Shown here one piece after another: positions 11,969-26,752 of a stretch of DNA of 64,000 nt (its first letter is position 1; every line of letters starts with the position of its first letter). The DNA comes from Auanema rhodensis (taxonomy: Eukaryota; Animalia; Nematoda), in NCBI GenBank assembly GCA_964057225.1, contig OZ059897.1, positions 22,878,001 to 22,942,000 of the forward strand, written 5' to 3'. The notes beneath the pieces were generated by a model. The model did no database searches. It was not told where the DNA came from and was given only the letters and a program-made list of their open reading frames with translations. Both the position numbers and the translations under genes were made by a program.

Positions 11969-14608
11969 TGCACCAATATCAATAAAAATTTGTTTTTAGA
12001 CTAATATGGACATGGGGAATCTAATTTTGAAAACCGCATCTCTTTATCTTTCACGTGAAGCGAGTTACATACCAAGTGCACATCACGTGTACATTTAATT
12101 AGCATAAATTAAAGTTCACGTAAATTTCAAAGTCATGGTTACCATGAACCAATATCAATAAAAATTTGTTTTTAGACTAATATGGACATGGGGAATCTAA
12201 TTCTGAAAACCGCATCTCTTTATCTTTCACATGAAGCGAGTTACATACCAAGTGCACATCACGTGTACATTTAATTAGCATAAATTAAAGTTCACGTAAA
12301 TTTCAAAGTCATGGTTACCATGAAGCAATATCAATAAAAATTTGTTTTTAGACTAATATGGACATGGGGAATCTAATTTTGAAAACCGCATCTTTTTATC
12401 TTTCACGTGAAGCGAGTTACATACCAAGTGCACATCACGTGTACATTTAATTAGCATAAATTAAAGTTCACGTAAATTTCAAAGTCATGGTTACCATGCA
12501 CCAATATCAATAAAAATTTGTTTTTAGACTAATATGGACATGGGGAATCTAATTTTGAAAACCGCATCTCTTTATCTTTCACGTGAAGCGAGTTACATAC
12601 CAAGTGCACATCACGTGTACATTTAATTAGCATAAATTAAAGTTCACGTAAATTTCAAAGTCATGGTTACCATGCACCAATATCAATAAAAATTTGTTTT
12701 TAGACTAATATGGACATGGGGAATCTAATTTTGAAAACCGCATCTCTTTATCTTTCACGTGAAGCGAGTTACATACCAAGTGCACATCACGTGTACATTT
12801 AATTAGCATAAATTAAAGTTCACGTAAATTTCAAAGTCATGGTTACCATGAACCAATATCAATAAAAGTTTGTTTTTAGACTAATATGGACATGGGGAAT
12901 CTAATTTTGAAAACCGCATCTCTTTATCTTTCACGTGAAGCGAGTTACATACCAAGTGCACATCACGTGTACATTTAATTAGCATAAATTAAAGTTCACG
13001 TAAATTTCAAAGTCATGGTTACCATGAAGCAATATCAATAAAAATTTGTTTTTAGACTAATATGGACATGGGGAATCTAATTTTGAAAACCGCATCTCTT
13101 TATCTTTCACGTGAAGCGAGTTACATACCAAGTGCACATCACGTGTACATTTAATTAGCATAAATTAAAGTTTACGTAAATTTCAAAGTCATGGTTACCA
13201 TGCACCAATATCAATAAAAATTTGTTTTTAGACTAATATGGACATGGGGAATCTAATTTTGAAAACCGCATCTCTTTATCTTTCACGTGAAGCGAGTTAC
13301 ATACCAAGTGCACATCACGTGTACATTTAATTAGCATAAATTAAAGTTTACGTAAATTTCAAAGTCATGGTTACCATGCACCAATATCAATAAAAATTTG
13401 TTTTTAGACTAATATGGACATGGGGAATCTAATTTTGAAAACCGCATCTCTTTATCTTTCACGTGAAGCGAGTTACATACCAAGTGCACATCACGTGTAC
13501 ATTTAATTAGCATAAATTAAAGTTCACGTAAATTTCAAAGTCATGGTTACCATGAACCAATATCAATAAAAATTTGTTTTTAGACTAATATGGACATGGG
13601 GAATCTAATTCTGAAAACCGCATCTCTTTATCTTTCACATGAAGCGAGTTACATACCAAGTGCACATCACGTGTACATTTAATTAGCATAAATTAAAGTT
13701 CACGTAAATTTCAAAGTCATGGTTACCATGCACCAATATCAATAAAAATTTGTTTTTAGACTAATATGGACATGGGGAATCTAATTTTGAAAACCGCATC
13801 TCTTTATCTTTCACGTGAAGCGAGTTACATACCAAGTGCACATCACGTGTACATTTAATTAGCATAAATTAAAGTTCACGTAAATTTCAAAGTCATGGTT
13901 ACCATGAACCAATATCAATAAAAGTTTGTTTTTAGACTAATATGGACATGGGGAATCTAATTTTGAAAACCGCATCTTTTTATCTTTCACGTGAAGCGAG
14001 TTACATACCAAGTGCACATCACGTGTACATTTAATTAGCATAAATTAAAGTTCACGTAAATTTCAAAGTCATGGTTACCATGAACCAATATCAATAAAAG
14101 TTTGTTTTTAGACTAATATGGACATGGGGAATCTAATTTTGAAAACCGCATCTCTTTATCTTTCACGTGAAGCGAGTTACATACCAAGTGCACATCACGT
14201 GTACATTTAATTAGCATAAATTAAAGTTCACGGAAATTTCAAAGTCATGGTTACCATGAACCAATATCAATAAAAATTTGTTTTTAGACTAATATGGACA
14301 TGGGGAATCTAATTTTGAAAACCGCATCTCTTTATCTTTCACGTGAAGCGAGTTACATACCAAGTGCACATCACGTATACATTTAATTAGCATAAATTAT
14401 AGTTCACGTAAATTTCAAAGTCATGGTTACCATGCACCAATATCAATAAAAATTTGTTTTTAGACTAATATGGACATGGGGAATCTAATTTTGAAAACCG
14501 CATCTCTTTATCTTTCACGTGAAGCGAGTTACATACCAAGTGCACATCACGTGTACATTTAATTAGCATAAATTAAAGTTCACGTAAATTTCAAAGTCAT
14601 GGTTACCA

Positions 14609-15664
14609 TGCACCAATATCAATAAAAATTTGTTTTTAGACTAATATGGAGATGGGGAATCTAATTTTGAAAACCGCATCTCTTCATCTTTTACGTGAAG
14701 CGAGTTACATACCAAGTGCACATCACGTGTACATTTAATGAGCATAAATTAAAGTTCACGTAAATTTCAAAGTCATGGTTACCATGAACTAATATCAATA
14801 AAAATTTGTTTTTAGACTAATATGGACATGGGGAATCTAATTTTGAAAACCGCATCTCTTTATCTTTCACGTGAAGCGAGTTACATACCAAGTGCACATC
14901 ACGTGTACATTTAATTAGCATAAATTAAAGTTCACGTAAATTTCAAAGTCATGGTTACCATGAACCAATATCAATAAAAATTTGTTTTAAGACTAATATG
15001 GACATGGGGAATCTAATTTTGAAAACCGCATCTCTTTATCTTTCACGTGAAGCGAGTTACATACCAAGTGCACATCACGTGTACATTTAATTAGCATAAA
15101 TTAAAGTTCACGTAAATTTCAAAGTCATGGTTACCATGCACCAATATCAATAAAAATTTGTTTTTAGACTAATATGGAGATGGGGAATCTAATTTTGAAA
15201 ACCGCATCTCTTCATCTTTTACGTGAAGCGAGTTACATACCAAGTGCACATCACGTGTACATTTAATGAGCATAAATTAAAGTTCACGTAAATTTCAAAG
15301 TCATGGTTACCATGAACTAATATCAATAAAAATTTGTTTTTAGACTAATATGGACATGGGGAATCTAATTTTGAAAACCGCATCTCTTTATCTTTCACGT
15401 GAAGCGAGTTACATACCAAGTGCACATCACGTGTACATTTAATTAGCATAAATTAAAGTTCACGTAAATTTCAAAGTCATGGTTACCATGAACCAATATC
15501 AATAAAAATTTGTTTTAAGACTAATATGGACATGGGGAATCTAATTTTGAAAACCGCATCTCTTTATCTTTCACGTGAAGCGAGTTACATACCAAGTGCA
15601 CATCACGTGTACATTTAATTAGCATAAATTAAAGTTCACGTAAATTTCAAAGTCATGGTTACCA
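14609..15664. repeat. 3-monomer higher-order repeat (528 bp) x2
   Basis: The unit [C43G,T77C,C84T,T132G]-[C6T]-[T29A] starts at 14609 and again at 15137. Confidence 0.92.
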
Positions 15665-16720
15665 TGAACCAATATCAATAAAAATTTGTTTTTAGACTAA
15701 TATGGACATGGGGAATCTAATTTTGAAAACCGCATCTCTTTATCTTTCACGTGAAGCGAGTTACATACCAAGTGCACATCACGTGTACATTTAATTAGCA
15801 TAAATTAAAGTTCACGTAAATTTCAAAGTCATGGTTACCATGAACCAATATCAATAAAAATTTGTTTTTAGACTAATATGGACATGGGGAATCTAATTTT
15901 GAAAACCGCATCTCTTTATCTTTCACGTGAAGCGAGTTACATACCAAGTGCACATCACGTGTACATTTAATTAGCATAAATTAAAGTTCACGTAAATTTC
16001 AAAGTCATGGTTACCATGAACCAATATCAATAAAAATTTGTTTTTAGACTAATATGGACATGGGGAATCTAATTTTGAAAACCGCATCTCTTTATCTTTC
16101 ACGTGAAGCGAGTTACATACCAAGTGCACATCACGTGTACATTTAATTAGCATAAATTAAAGTTCACGTAAATTTCAAAGTCATGGTTACCATGCACCAA
16201 TATCAATAAAAATTTGTTTTTAGACTAATATGGACATGGGGAATCTAATTTTGAAAACCGCATCTCTTTATCTTTCACGTGAAGCGAGTTACATACCAAG
16301 TGCACATCACGTGTACATTTAATTAGCATAAATTAAAGTTCACGTAAATTTCAAAGTCATGGTTACCATGAACCAATATCAATAAAAATTTGTTTTTAGA
16401 CTAATATGGACATGGGGAATCTAATTTTGAAAACCGCATCTCTTTATCTTTCACGTGAAGCGAGTTACATACCAAGTGCACATCACGTGTACATTTAATT
16501 AGCATAATTTAAAGTTCACGTAAATTTCAAAGTCATGGTTACCATGAACCAATATCAATAAAAATTTGTTTTTAGACTAATATGGACATGGGGAATCTAA
16601 TATTGAAAACCGCATCTCTTTATCTTTCACGTGAAGCGAGTTACATACCAAGTGCACATCACGTGTACATTTAATTAGCATAAATTAAAGTTCACGTAAA
16701 TTTCAAAGTCATGGTTACCA

Positions 16721-19700
16721 TGAACCAATATCAATAAAAATTTGTTTTTAGACTAATATGGACATGGGGAATCTAATTTAGAAAACCGCATCTTTTTATC
16801 TTTCACGTGAAGCGAGTTACATACCAAGTGCACATCACGTGTACATTTAATTAGCATAAATTAAAGTTCACGTAAATTTCAAAGTCATGGTTACCATGCA
16901 CCAATATCAATAAAAATTTGTTTTTAGACTAATATGGACATGGGGAATCTAATTTTGAAAACCGCATCTCTTCATCTTTTACGTGAAGCGAGTTACATAC
17001 CAAGTGCACATCACGTGTACATTTAATGAGCATAAATTAAAGTTCACGTAAATTTCAAAGTCATGATTACCATGAACTAATATCAATAAAAATTTGTTTT
17101 TAGACTAATATGGACATGGGGAATCTAATTTTGAAAACCGCATCTCTTTATCTTTCACGTGAAGCGAGTTACATACCAAGTGCACATCACGTGTACATTT
17201 AATTAGCATAAATTAAAGTTCACGTAAATTTCAAAGTCATGGTTACCATGAACCAATATCAATAAAAATTTGTTTTAAGACTAATATGGACATGGGGAAT
17301 CTAATTTTGAAAACCGCATCTCTTTATCTTTCACGTGAAGCGAGTTACATACCAAGTGCACATCACGTGTACATTTAATTAGCATAAATTAAAGTTCACG
17401 TAAATTTCAAAGTCATGGTTACCATGAACCAATATCAATAAAAATTTGTTTTTAGACTAATATGGACATGGGGAATCTAATTTTGAAAACCGCATCTCTT
17501 CATCTTTTACGTGAAGCGAGTTACATACCAAGTGCACATCACGTGTACATTTAATGAGCATAAATTAAAGTTCACGTAAATTTCAAAGTCATGGTTACCA
17601 TGAACTAATATCAATAAAAATTTGTTTTTAGACTAATATGGACATGGGGAATCTAATTTTGAAAACCGCATCTCTTTATCTTTCACGTGAAGCGAGTTAC
17701 ATACCAAGTGCACATCACGTGTACATTTAATTAGCATAAATTAAAGTTCACGTAAATTTCAAAGTCATGGTTACCATGAACCAATATCAATAAAAATTTG
17801 TTTTAAGACTAATATGGACATGGGGAATCTAATTTTGAAAACCGCATCTCTTTATCTTTCACGTGAAGCGAGTTACATACCAAGTGCACATCACGTGTAC
17901 ATTTAATTAGCATAAATTAAAGTTCACGTAAATTTCAAAGTCATGGTTACCATGAACCAATATCAATAAAAATTTGTTTTTAGACTAATATGGACATGGG
18001 GAATCTAATTTTGAAAACCGCATCTCTTTATCTTTCACGTGAAGCGAGTTACATACCAAGTGCACATTACGTGTACATTTAATTAGCATAAATTAAAGTT
18101 CACGTAAATTTCAAAGTCATGGTTACCATGCACCAATATCAATAAAAATTTGTTTTTAGACTAATATGGACATGGGGAATCTAATTTTGAAAACCGCATC
18201 TCTTTATCTTTCACGTGAAGCGAGTTACATACCAAGTGCACATCACGTGTACATTTAATTAGCATAAATTAAAGTTCACGTAAATTTCAAAGTCATGGTT
18301 ACCATGAACCAATATCAATAAAAATTTGTTTTTAGACTAATATGGACATGGGGAATCTAATTTTGAAAACCGCATCTCTTTATCTTTCACGTGAAGCGAG
18401 TTACATACCAAGTGCACATCACGTGTACATTTAATTAGCATAAATTAAAGTTCACGTAAATTTCAAAGTCATGGTTACCATGCACCAATATCAATAAAAA
18501 TTTGTTTTTAGACTAATATGGACATGGGGAATCTAATTTAGAAAACCGCATCTTTTTATCTTTCACGTGAAGCGAGTTACATACCAAGTGCACATCACGT
18601 GTACATTTAATTAGCATAAATTAAAGTTCACGTAAATTTCAAAGTCATGGTTACCATGCACCAATATCAATAAAAATTTGTTTTTAGACTAATATGGACA
18701 TGGGGAATCTAATTTTGAAAACCGCATCTCTTCATCTTTTACGTGAAGCGAGTTACATACCAAGTGCACATCACGTGTACATTTAATGAGCATAAATTAA
18801 AGTTCACGTAAATTTCAAAGTCATGATTACCATGAACTAATATCAATAAAAATTTGTTTTTAGACTAATATGGACATGGGGAATCTAATTTTGAAAACCG
18901 CATCTCTTTATCTTTCACGTGAAGCGAGTTACATACCAAGTGCACATCACGTGTACATTTAATTAGCATAAATTAAAGTTCACGTAAATTTCAAAGTCAT
19001 GGTTACCATGAACCAATATCAATAAAAATTTGTTTTAAGACTAATATGGACATGGGGAATCTAATTTTGAAAACCGCATCTCTTTATCTTTCACGTGAAG
19101 CGAGTTACATACCAAGTGCACATCACGTGTACATTTAATTAGCATAAATTAAAGTTCACGTAAATTTCAAAGTCATGGTTACCATGAACCAATATCAATA
19201 AAAATTTGTTTTTAGACTAATATGGACATGGGGAATCTAATTTTGAAAACCGCATCTCTTCATCTTTTACGTGAAGCGAGTTACATACCAAGTGCACATC
19301 ACGTGTACATTTAATGAGCATAAATTAAAGTTCACGTAAATTTCAAAGTCATGGTTACCATGAACTAATATCAATAAAAATTTGTTTTTAGACTAATATG
19401 GACATGGGGAATCTAATTTTGAAAACCGCATCTCTTTATCTTTCACGTGAAGCGAGTTACATACCAAGTGCACATCACGTGTACATTTAATTAGCATAAA
19501 TTAAAGTTCACGTAAATTTCAAAGTCATGGTTACCATGAACCAATATCAATAAAAATTTGTTTTAAGACTAATATGGACATGGGGAATCTAATTTTGAAA
19601 ACCGCATCTCTTTATCTTTCACGTGAAGCGAGTTACATACCAAGTGCACATCACGTGTACATTTAATTAGCATAAATTAAAGTTCACGTAAATTTCAAAG

Positions 19701-20240
19701 TCATGGTTACCATGAACCAATATCAATAAAAATTTGTTTTTAGACTAATATGGACATGGGGAATCTAATTTTGAAAACCGCATCTCTTTATCTTTCACGT
19801 GAAGCGAGTTACATACCAAGTGCACATTACGTGTACATTTAATTAGCATAAATTAAAGTTCACGTAAATTTCAAAGTCATGGTTACCATGCACCAATATC
19901 AATAAAAATTTGTTTTTAGACTAATATGGACATGGGGAATCTAATTTTGAAAACCGCATCTCTTTATCTTTCACGTGAAGCGAGTTACATACCAAGTGCA
20001 CATCACGTGTACATTTAATTAGCATAAATTAAAGTTCACGTAAATTTCAAAGTCATGGTTACCATGAACCAATATCAATAAAAATTTGTTTTTAGACTAA
20101 TATGGACATGGGGAATCTAATTTTGAAAACCGCATCTCTTTATCTTTCACGTGAAGCGAGTTACATACCAAGTGCACATCACGTGTACATTTAATTAGCA
20201 TAAATTAAAGTTCACGTAAATTTCAAAGTCATGGTTACCA
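16721..20240. repeat. Tandem duplication of a 10-monomer block (2 x 1760 bp), each copy holding two copies of the 3-mer
   Basis: T60A at 16780 and 18540, G170A at 17066 and 18826, C116T at 18068 and 19828; all are 1760 bp apart. Confidence 0.92.
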
Positions 20241-21824
20241 TGCACCAATATCAATAAAAATTTGTTTTTAGACTAATATGGACATGGGGAATCTAATTTT
20301 GAAAACCGCATCTCTTTATCTTTCACGTGAAGCGAGTTACATACCAAGTGCACATCACGTGTACATTTAATTAGCATAAATTAAAGTTCACGTAAATTTC
20401 AAAGTCATGGTTACCATGAACCAATATCAATAAAAATTTGTTTTTAGACTAATATGGACATGGGGAATCTAATTTTGAAAACCGCATCTCTTTATCTTTC
20501 ACGTGAAGCGAGTTACATACCAAGTGCACATCACGTGTACATTTAATTAGCATAAATTAAAGTTCACGTAAATTTCAAAGTCATGGTTACCATGCACCAA
20601 TATCAATAAAAATTTGTTTTTAGACTAATATGGACATGGGGAATCTAATTTTGAAAACCGCATCTCTTTATCTTTCACGTGAAGCGAGTTACATACCAAG
20701 TGCACATTACGTGTACATTTAATTAGCATAAATTAAAGTTCACGTAAATTTCAAAGTCATGGTTACCATGCACCAATATCAATAAAAATTTGTTTTTAGA
20801 CTAATATGGACATGGGGAATCTAATTTTGAAAACCGCATCTCTTTATCTTTCACGTGAAGCGAGTTACATACCAAGTGCACATCACGTGTACATTTAATT
20901 AGCATAAATTAAAGTTCACGTAAATTTCAAAGTCATGGTTACCATGAACCAATATCAATAAAAATTTGTTTTTAGACTAATATGGACATGGGGAATCTAA
21001 TTTTGAAAACCGCATCTCTTTATCTTTCACGTGAAGCGAGTTACATACCAAGTGCACATCACGTGTACATTTAATTAGCATAAATTAAAGTTCACGTAAA
21101 TTTCAAAGTCATGGTTACCATGAACCAATATCAATAAAAATTTGTTTTTAGACTAATATGGACATGGGGAATCTAATTTTGAAAACCGCATCTCTTTATC
21201 TTTCACGTGAAGCGAGTTACATACCAAGTGCACATCACGTGTACATTTAATTAGCATAAATTAAAGTTCACGTAAATTTCAAAGTCATGGTTACCATGCA
21301 CCAATATCAATAAAAATTTGTTTTTAGACTAATATGGACATGGGGAATCTAATTTTGAAAACCGCATCTCTTTATCTTTCACGTGAAGCGAGTTACATAC
21401 CAAGTGCACATCACGTGTACATTTAATTAGCATAAATTAAAGTTCACGTAAATTTCAAAGTCATGGTTACCATGAACCAATATCAATAAAAATTTGTTTT
21501 TAGACTAATATGGACATGGGGAATCTAATTTTGAAAACCGCATCTCTTTATCTTTCACGTGAAGCGAGTTACATACCAAGTGCACATCACGTGTACATTT
21601 AATTAGCATAAATTAAAGTTCACGTAAATTTCAAAGTCATGGTTACCATGCACCAATATCAATAAAAATTTGTTTTTAGACTAATATGGACATGGGGAAT
21701 CTAATTTTGAAAACCGCATCTCTTTATCTTTCACGTGAAGCGAGTTACATACCAAGTGCACATCACGTGTACATTTAATTAGCATAAATTAAAGTTCACG
21801 TAAATTTCAAAGTCATGGTTACCA

Positions 21825-24800
21825 TGAACCAATATCAATAAAAATTTGTTTTTAGACTAATATGGACATGGGGAATCTAATTCTGAAAACCGCATCTCTT
21901 TATCTTTCACGTGAAGCGAGTTACATACCAAGTGCACATTACGTGTACATTTAATTAGCATAAATTAAAGTTCACGTAAATTTCAAAGTCATGGTTACCA
22001 TGAACCAATATCAATAAAAATTTGTTTTTAGACTAATATGGACATGGGGAATCTAATTTTGAAAACCGCATCTCTTTATCTTTCACGTGAAGCGAGTTAC
22101 ATACCAAGTGCACATCACGTGTACATTTAATTAGCATAAATTAAAGTTCACGTAAATTTCAAAGTCATGGTTACCATGAACCAATATCAATAAAAATTTG
22201 TTTTTAGACTAATATGGACATGGGGAATCTAATTTTGAAAACCGCATCTCTTTATCTTTCACGTGAAGCGAGTTACATACCAAGTGCACATCACGTGTAC
22301 ATTTAATTAGCATAAATTAAAGTTCACGTAAATTTAAAAGTCATGGTTACCATGCACCAATATCAATAAAAATTTGTTTTTAGACTAATATGGACATGGG
22401 GGATCTAATTTTGAAAACCGCATCTCTTTATCTTTCACGTGAAGCGAGTTACATACCAAGTGCACATCACGTGTACATTTAATTAGCATAAATTAAAGTT
22501 CACGTAAATTTCAAAGTCATGGTTACCATGAACCAATATCAATAAAAATTTGTTTTTAGACTAATATGGACATGGGGAATCTAATTTTGAAAACCGCATC
22601 TCTTCATCTTTCACGTGAAGCGAGTTACATACCAAGTGCACATCACGTGTACATTTAATTAGCATAAATTAAAGTTCACGTAAATTTCAAAGTCATGGTT
22701 ACCATGAACCAATATCAATAAAAATTTGTTTTTAGACTAATATGGACATGGGGAATCTAATTTTGAAAACCGCATCTCTTTATCTTTCACGTGAAGCGAG
22801 TTACATACCAAGTGCACATCACGTGTACATTTAATTAGCATAAATTAAAGTTCACGTAAATTTCAAAGTCATGGTTACCATGAACCAATATCAATAAAAA
22901 TTTGTTTTTAGACTAATATGGACATGGGGAATCTAATTTTGAAAACCGCATCTCTTTATCTTTCACGTGAAGCGAGTTACATACCAAGTGCACATCACGT
23001 GTACATTTAATTAGCATAATTTAAAGTTCACGTAAATTTCAAAGTCATGGTTACCATGAACCAATATCAATAAAAATTTGTTTTTAGACTAATATGGACA
23101 TGGGGAATCTAATATTGAAAACCGCATCTCTTTATCTTTCACGTGAAGCGAGTTACATACCAAGTGCACATCACGTGTACATTTAATTAGCATAAATTAA
23201 AGTTCACGTAAATTTCAAAGTCATGGTTACCATGAACCAATATCAATAAAAATTTGTTTTTAGACTAATATGGACATGGGGAATCTAATTTTGAAAACCG
23301 CATCTCTTTATCTTTCACGTGAAGCGAGTTACATACCAAGTGCACATCACGTGTACATTTAATTAGCATAAATTAAAGTTCACGTAAATTTCAAAGTCAT
23401 GGTTACCATGCACCAATATCAATAAAAATTTGTTTTTAGACTAATATGGACATGGGGAATCTAATTTTGAAAACCGCATCTCTTTATCTTTCACGTGAAG
23501 CGAGTTACATACCAAGTGCACATTACGTGTACATTTAATTAGCATAAATTAAAGTTCACGTAAATTTCAAAGTCATGGTTACCATGCACCAATATCAATA
23601 AAAATTTGTTTTTAGACTAATATGGACATGGGGAATCTAATTTTGAAAACCGCATCTCTTTATCTTTCACGTGAAGCGAGTTACATACCAAGTGCACATC
23701 ACGTGTACATTTAATTAGCATAAATTAAAGTTCACGTAAATTTCAAAGTCATGGTTACCATGAACCAATATCAATAAAAATTTGTTTTTAGACTAATATG
23801 GACATGGGGAATCTAATTTTGAAAACCGCATCTCTTTATCTTTCACGTGAAGCGAGTTACATACCAAGTGCACATCACGTGTACATTTAATTAGCATAAA
23901 TTAAAGTTCACGTAAATTTCAAAGTCATGGTTACCATGAACCAATATCAATAAAAATTTGTTTTTAGACTAATATGGACATGGGGAATCTAATTTTGAAA
24001 ACCGCATCTCTTTATCTTTCACGTGAAGCGAGTTACATACCAAGTGCACATCACGTGTACATTTAATTAGCATAAATTAAAGTTCACGTAAATTTCAAAG
24101 TCATGGTTACCATGCACCAATATCAATAAAAATTTGTTTTTAGACTAATATGGACATGGGGAATCTAATTTTGAAAACCGCATCTCTTTATCTTTCACGT
24201 GAAGCGAGTTACATACCAAGTGCACATCACGTGTACATTTAATTAGCATAAATTAAAGTTCACGTAAATTTCAAAGTCATGGTTACCATGAACCAATATC
24301 AATAAAAATTTGTTTTTAGACTAATATGGACATGGGGAATCTAATTCTGAAAACCGCATCTCTTTATCTTTCACGTGAAGCGAGTTACATACCAAGTGCA
24401 CATTACGTGTACATTTAATTAGCATAAATTAAAGTTCACGTAAATTTCAAAGTCATGGTTACCATGAACCAATATCAATAAAAATTTGTTTTTAGACTAA
24501 TATGGACATGGGGAATCTAATTTTGAAAACCGCATCTCTTTATCTTTCACGTGAAGCGAGTTACATACCAAGTGCACATCACGTGTACATTTAATTAGCA
24601 TAAATTAAAGTTCACGTAAATTTCAAAGTCATGGTTACCATGAACCAATATCAATAAAAATTTGTTTTTAGACTAATATGGACATGGGGAATCTAATTTT
24701 GAAAACCGCATCTCTTTATCTTTCACGTGAAGCGAGTTACATACCAAGTGCACATCACGTGTACATTTAATTAGCATAAATTAAAGTTCACGTAAATTTA

Positions 24801-26752
24801 AAAGTCATGGTTACCATGCACCAATATCAATAAAAATTTGTTTTTAGACTAATATGGACATGGGGGATCTAATTTTGAAAACCGCATCTCTTTATCTTTC
24901 ACGTGAAGCGAGTTACATACCAAGTGCACATCACGTGTACATTTAATTAGCATAAATTAAAGTTCACGTAAATTTCAAAGTCATGGTTACCATGAACCAA
25001 TATCAATAAAAATTTGTTTTTAGACTAATATGGACATGGGGAATCTAATTTTGAAAACCGCATCTCTTCATCTTTCACGTGAAGCGAGTTACATACCAAG
25101 TGCACATCACGTGTACATTTAATTAGCATAAATTAAAGTTCACGTAAATTTCAAAGTCATGGTTACCATGAACCAATATCAATAAAAATTTGTTTTTAGA
25201 CTAATATGGACATGGGGAATCTAATTTTGAAAACCGCATCTCTTTATCTTTCACGTGAAGCGAGTTACATACCAAGTGCACATCACGTGTACATTTAATT
25301 AGCATAAATTAAAGTTCACGTAAATTTCAAAGTCATGGTTACCATGAACCAATATCAATAAAAATTTGTTTTTAGACTAATATGGACATGGGGAATCTAA
25401 TTTTGAAAACCGCATCTCTTTATCTTTCACGTGAAGCGAGTTACATACCAAGTGCACATCACGTGTACATTTAATTAGCATAATTTAAAGTTCACGTAAA
25501 TTTCAAAGTCATGGTTACCATGAACCAATATCAATAAAAATTTGTTTTTAGACTAATATGGACATGGGGAATCTAATATTGAAAACCGCATCTCTTTATC
25601 TTTCACGTGAAGCGAGTTACATACCAAGTGCACATCACGTGTACATTTAATTAGCATAAATTAAAGTTCACGTAAATTTCAAAGTCATGGTTACCATGAA
25701 CCAATATCAATAAAAATTTGTTTTTAGACTAATATGGACATGGGGAATCTAATTTTGAAAACCGCATCTCTTTATCTTTCACGTGAAGCGAGTTACATAC
25801 CAAGTGCACATCACGTGTACATTTAATTAGCATAAATTAAAGTTCACGTAAATTTCAAAGTCATGGTTACCATGCACCAATATCAATAAAAATTTGTTTT
25901 TAGACTAATATGGACATGGGGAATCTAATTTTGAAAACCGCATCTCTTTATCTTTCACGTGAAGCGAGTTACATACCAAGTGCACATTACGTGTACATTT
26001 AATTAGCATAAATTAAAGTTCACGTAAATTTCAAAGTCATGGTTACCATGCACCAATATCAATAAAAATTTGTTTTTAGACTAATATGGACATGGGGAAT
26101 CTAATTTTGAAAACCGCATCTCTTTATCTTTCACGTGAAGCGAGTTACATACCAAGTGCACATCACGTGTACATTTAATTAGCATAAATTAAAGTTCACG
26201 TAAATTTCAAAGTCATGGTTACCATGAACCAATATCAATAAAAATTTGTTTTTAGACTAATATGGACATGGGGAATCTAATTTTGAAAACCGCATCTCTT
26301 TATCTTTCACGTGAAGCGAGTTACATACCAAGTGCACATCACGTGTACATTTAATTAGCATAAATTAAAGTTCACGTAAATTTCAAAGTCATGGTTACCA
26401 TGAACCAATATCAATAAAAATTTGTTTTTAGACTAATATGGACATGGGGAATCTAATTTTGAAAACCGCATCTCTTTATCTTTCACGTGAAGCGAGTTAC
26501 ATACCAAGTGCACATCACGTGTACATTTAATTAGCATAAATTAAAGTTCACGTAAATTTCAAAGTCATGGTTACCATGCACCAATATCAATAAAAATTTG
26601 TTTTTAGACTAATATGGACATGGGGAATCTAATTTTGAAAACCGCATCTCTTTATCTTTCACGTGAAGCGAGTTACATACCAAGTGCACATCACGTGTAC
26701 ATTTAATTAGCATAAATTAAAGTTCACGTAAATTTCAAAGTCATGGTTACCA
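21825..26752. repeat. Tandem duplication of a 14-monomer block (2 x 2464 bp)
   Basis: The ordered markers T59C+C116T, C160A, A50G, T77C, A140T, T58A, C116T are identical in the blocks starting at 21825 and 24289. Confidence 0.92.
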
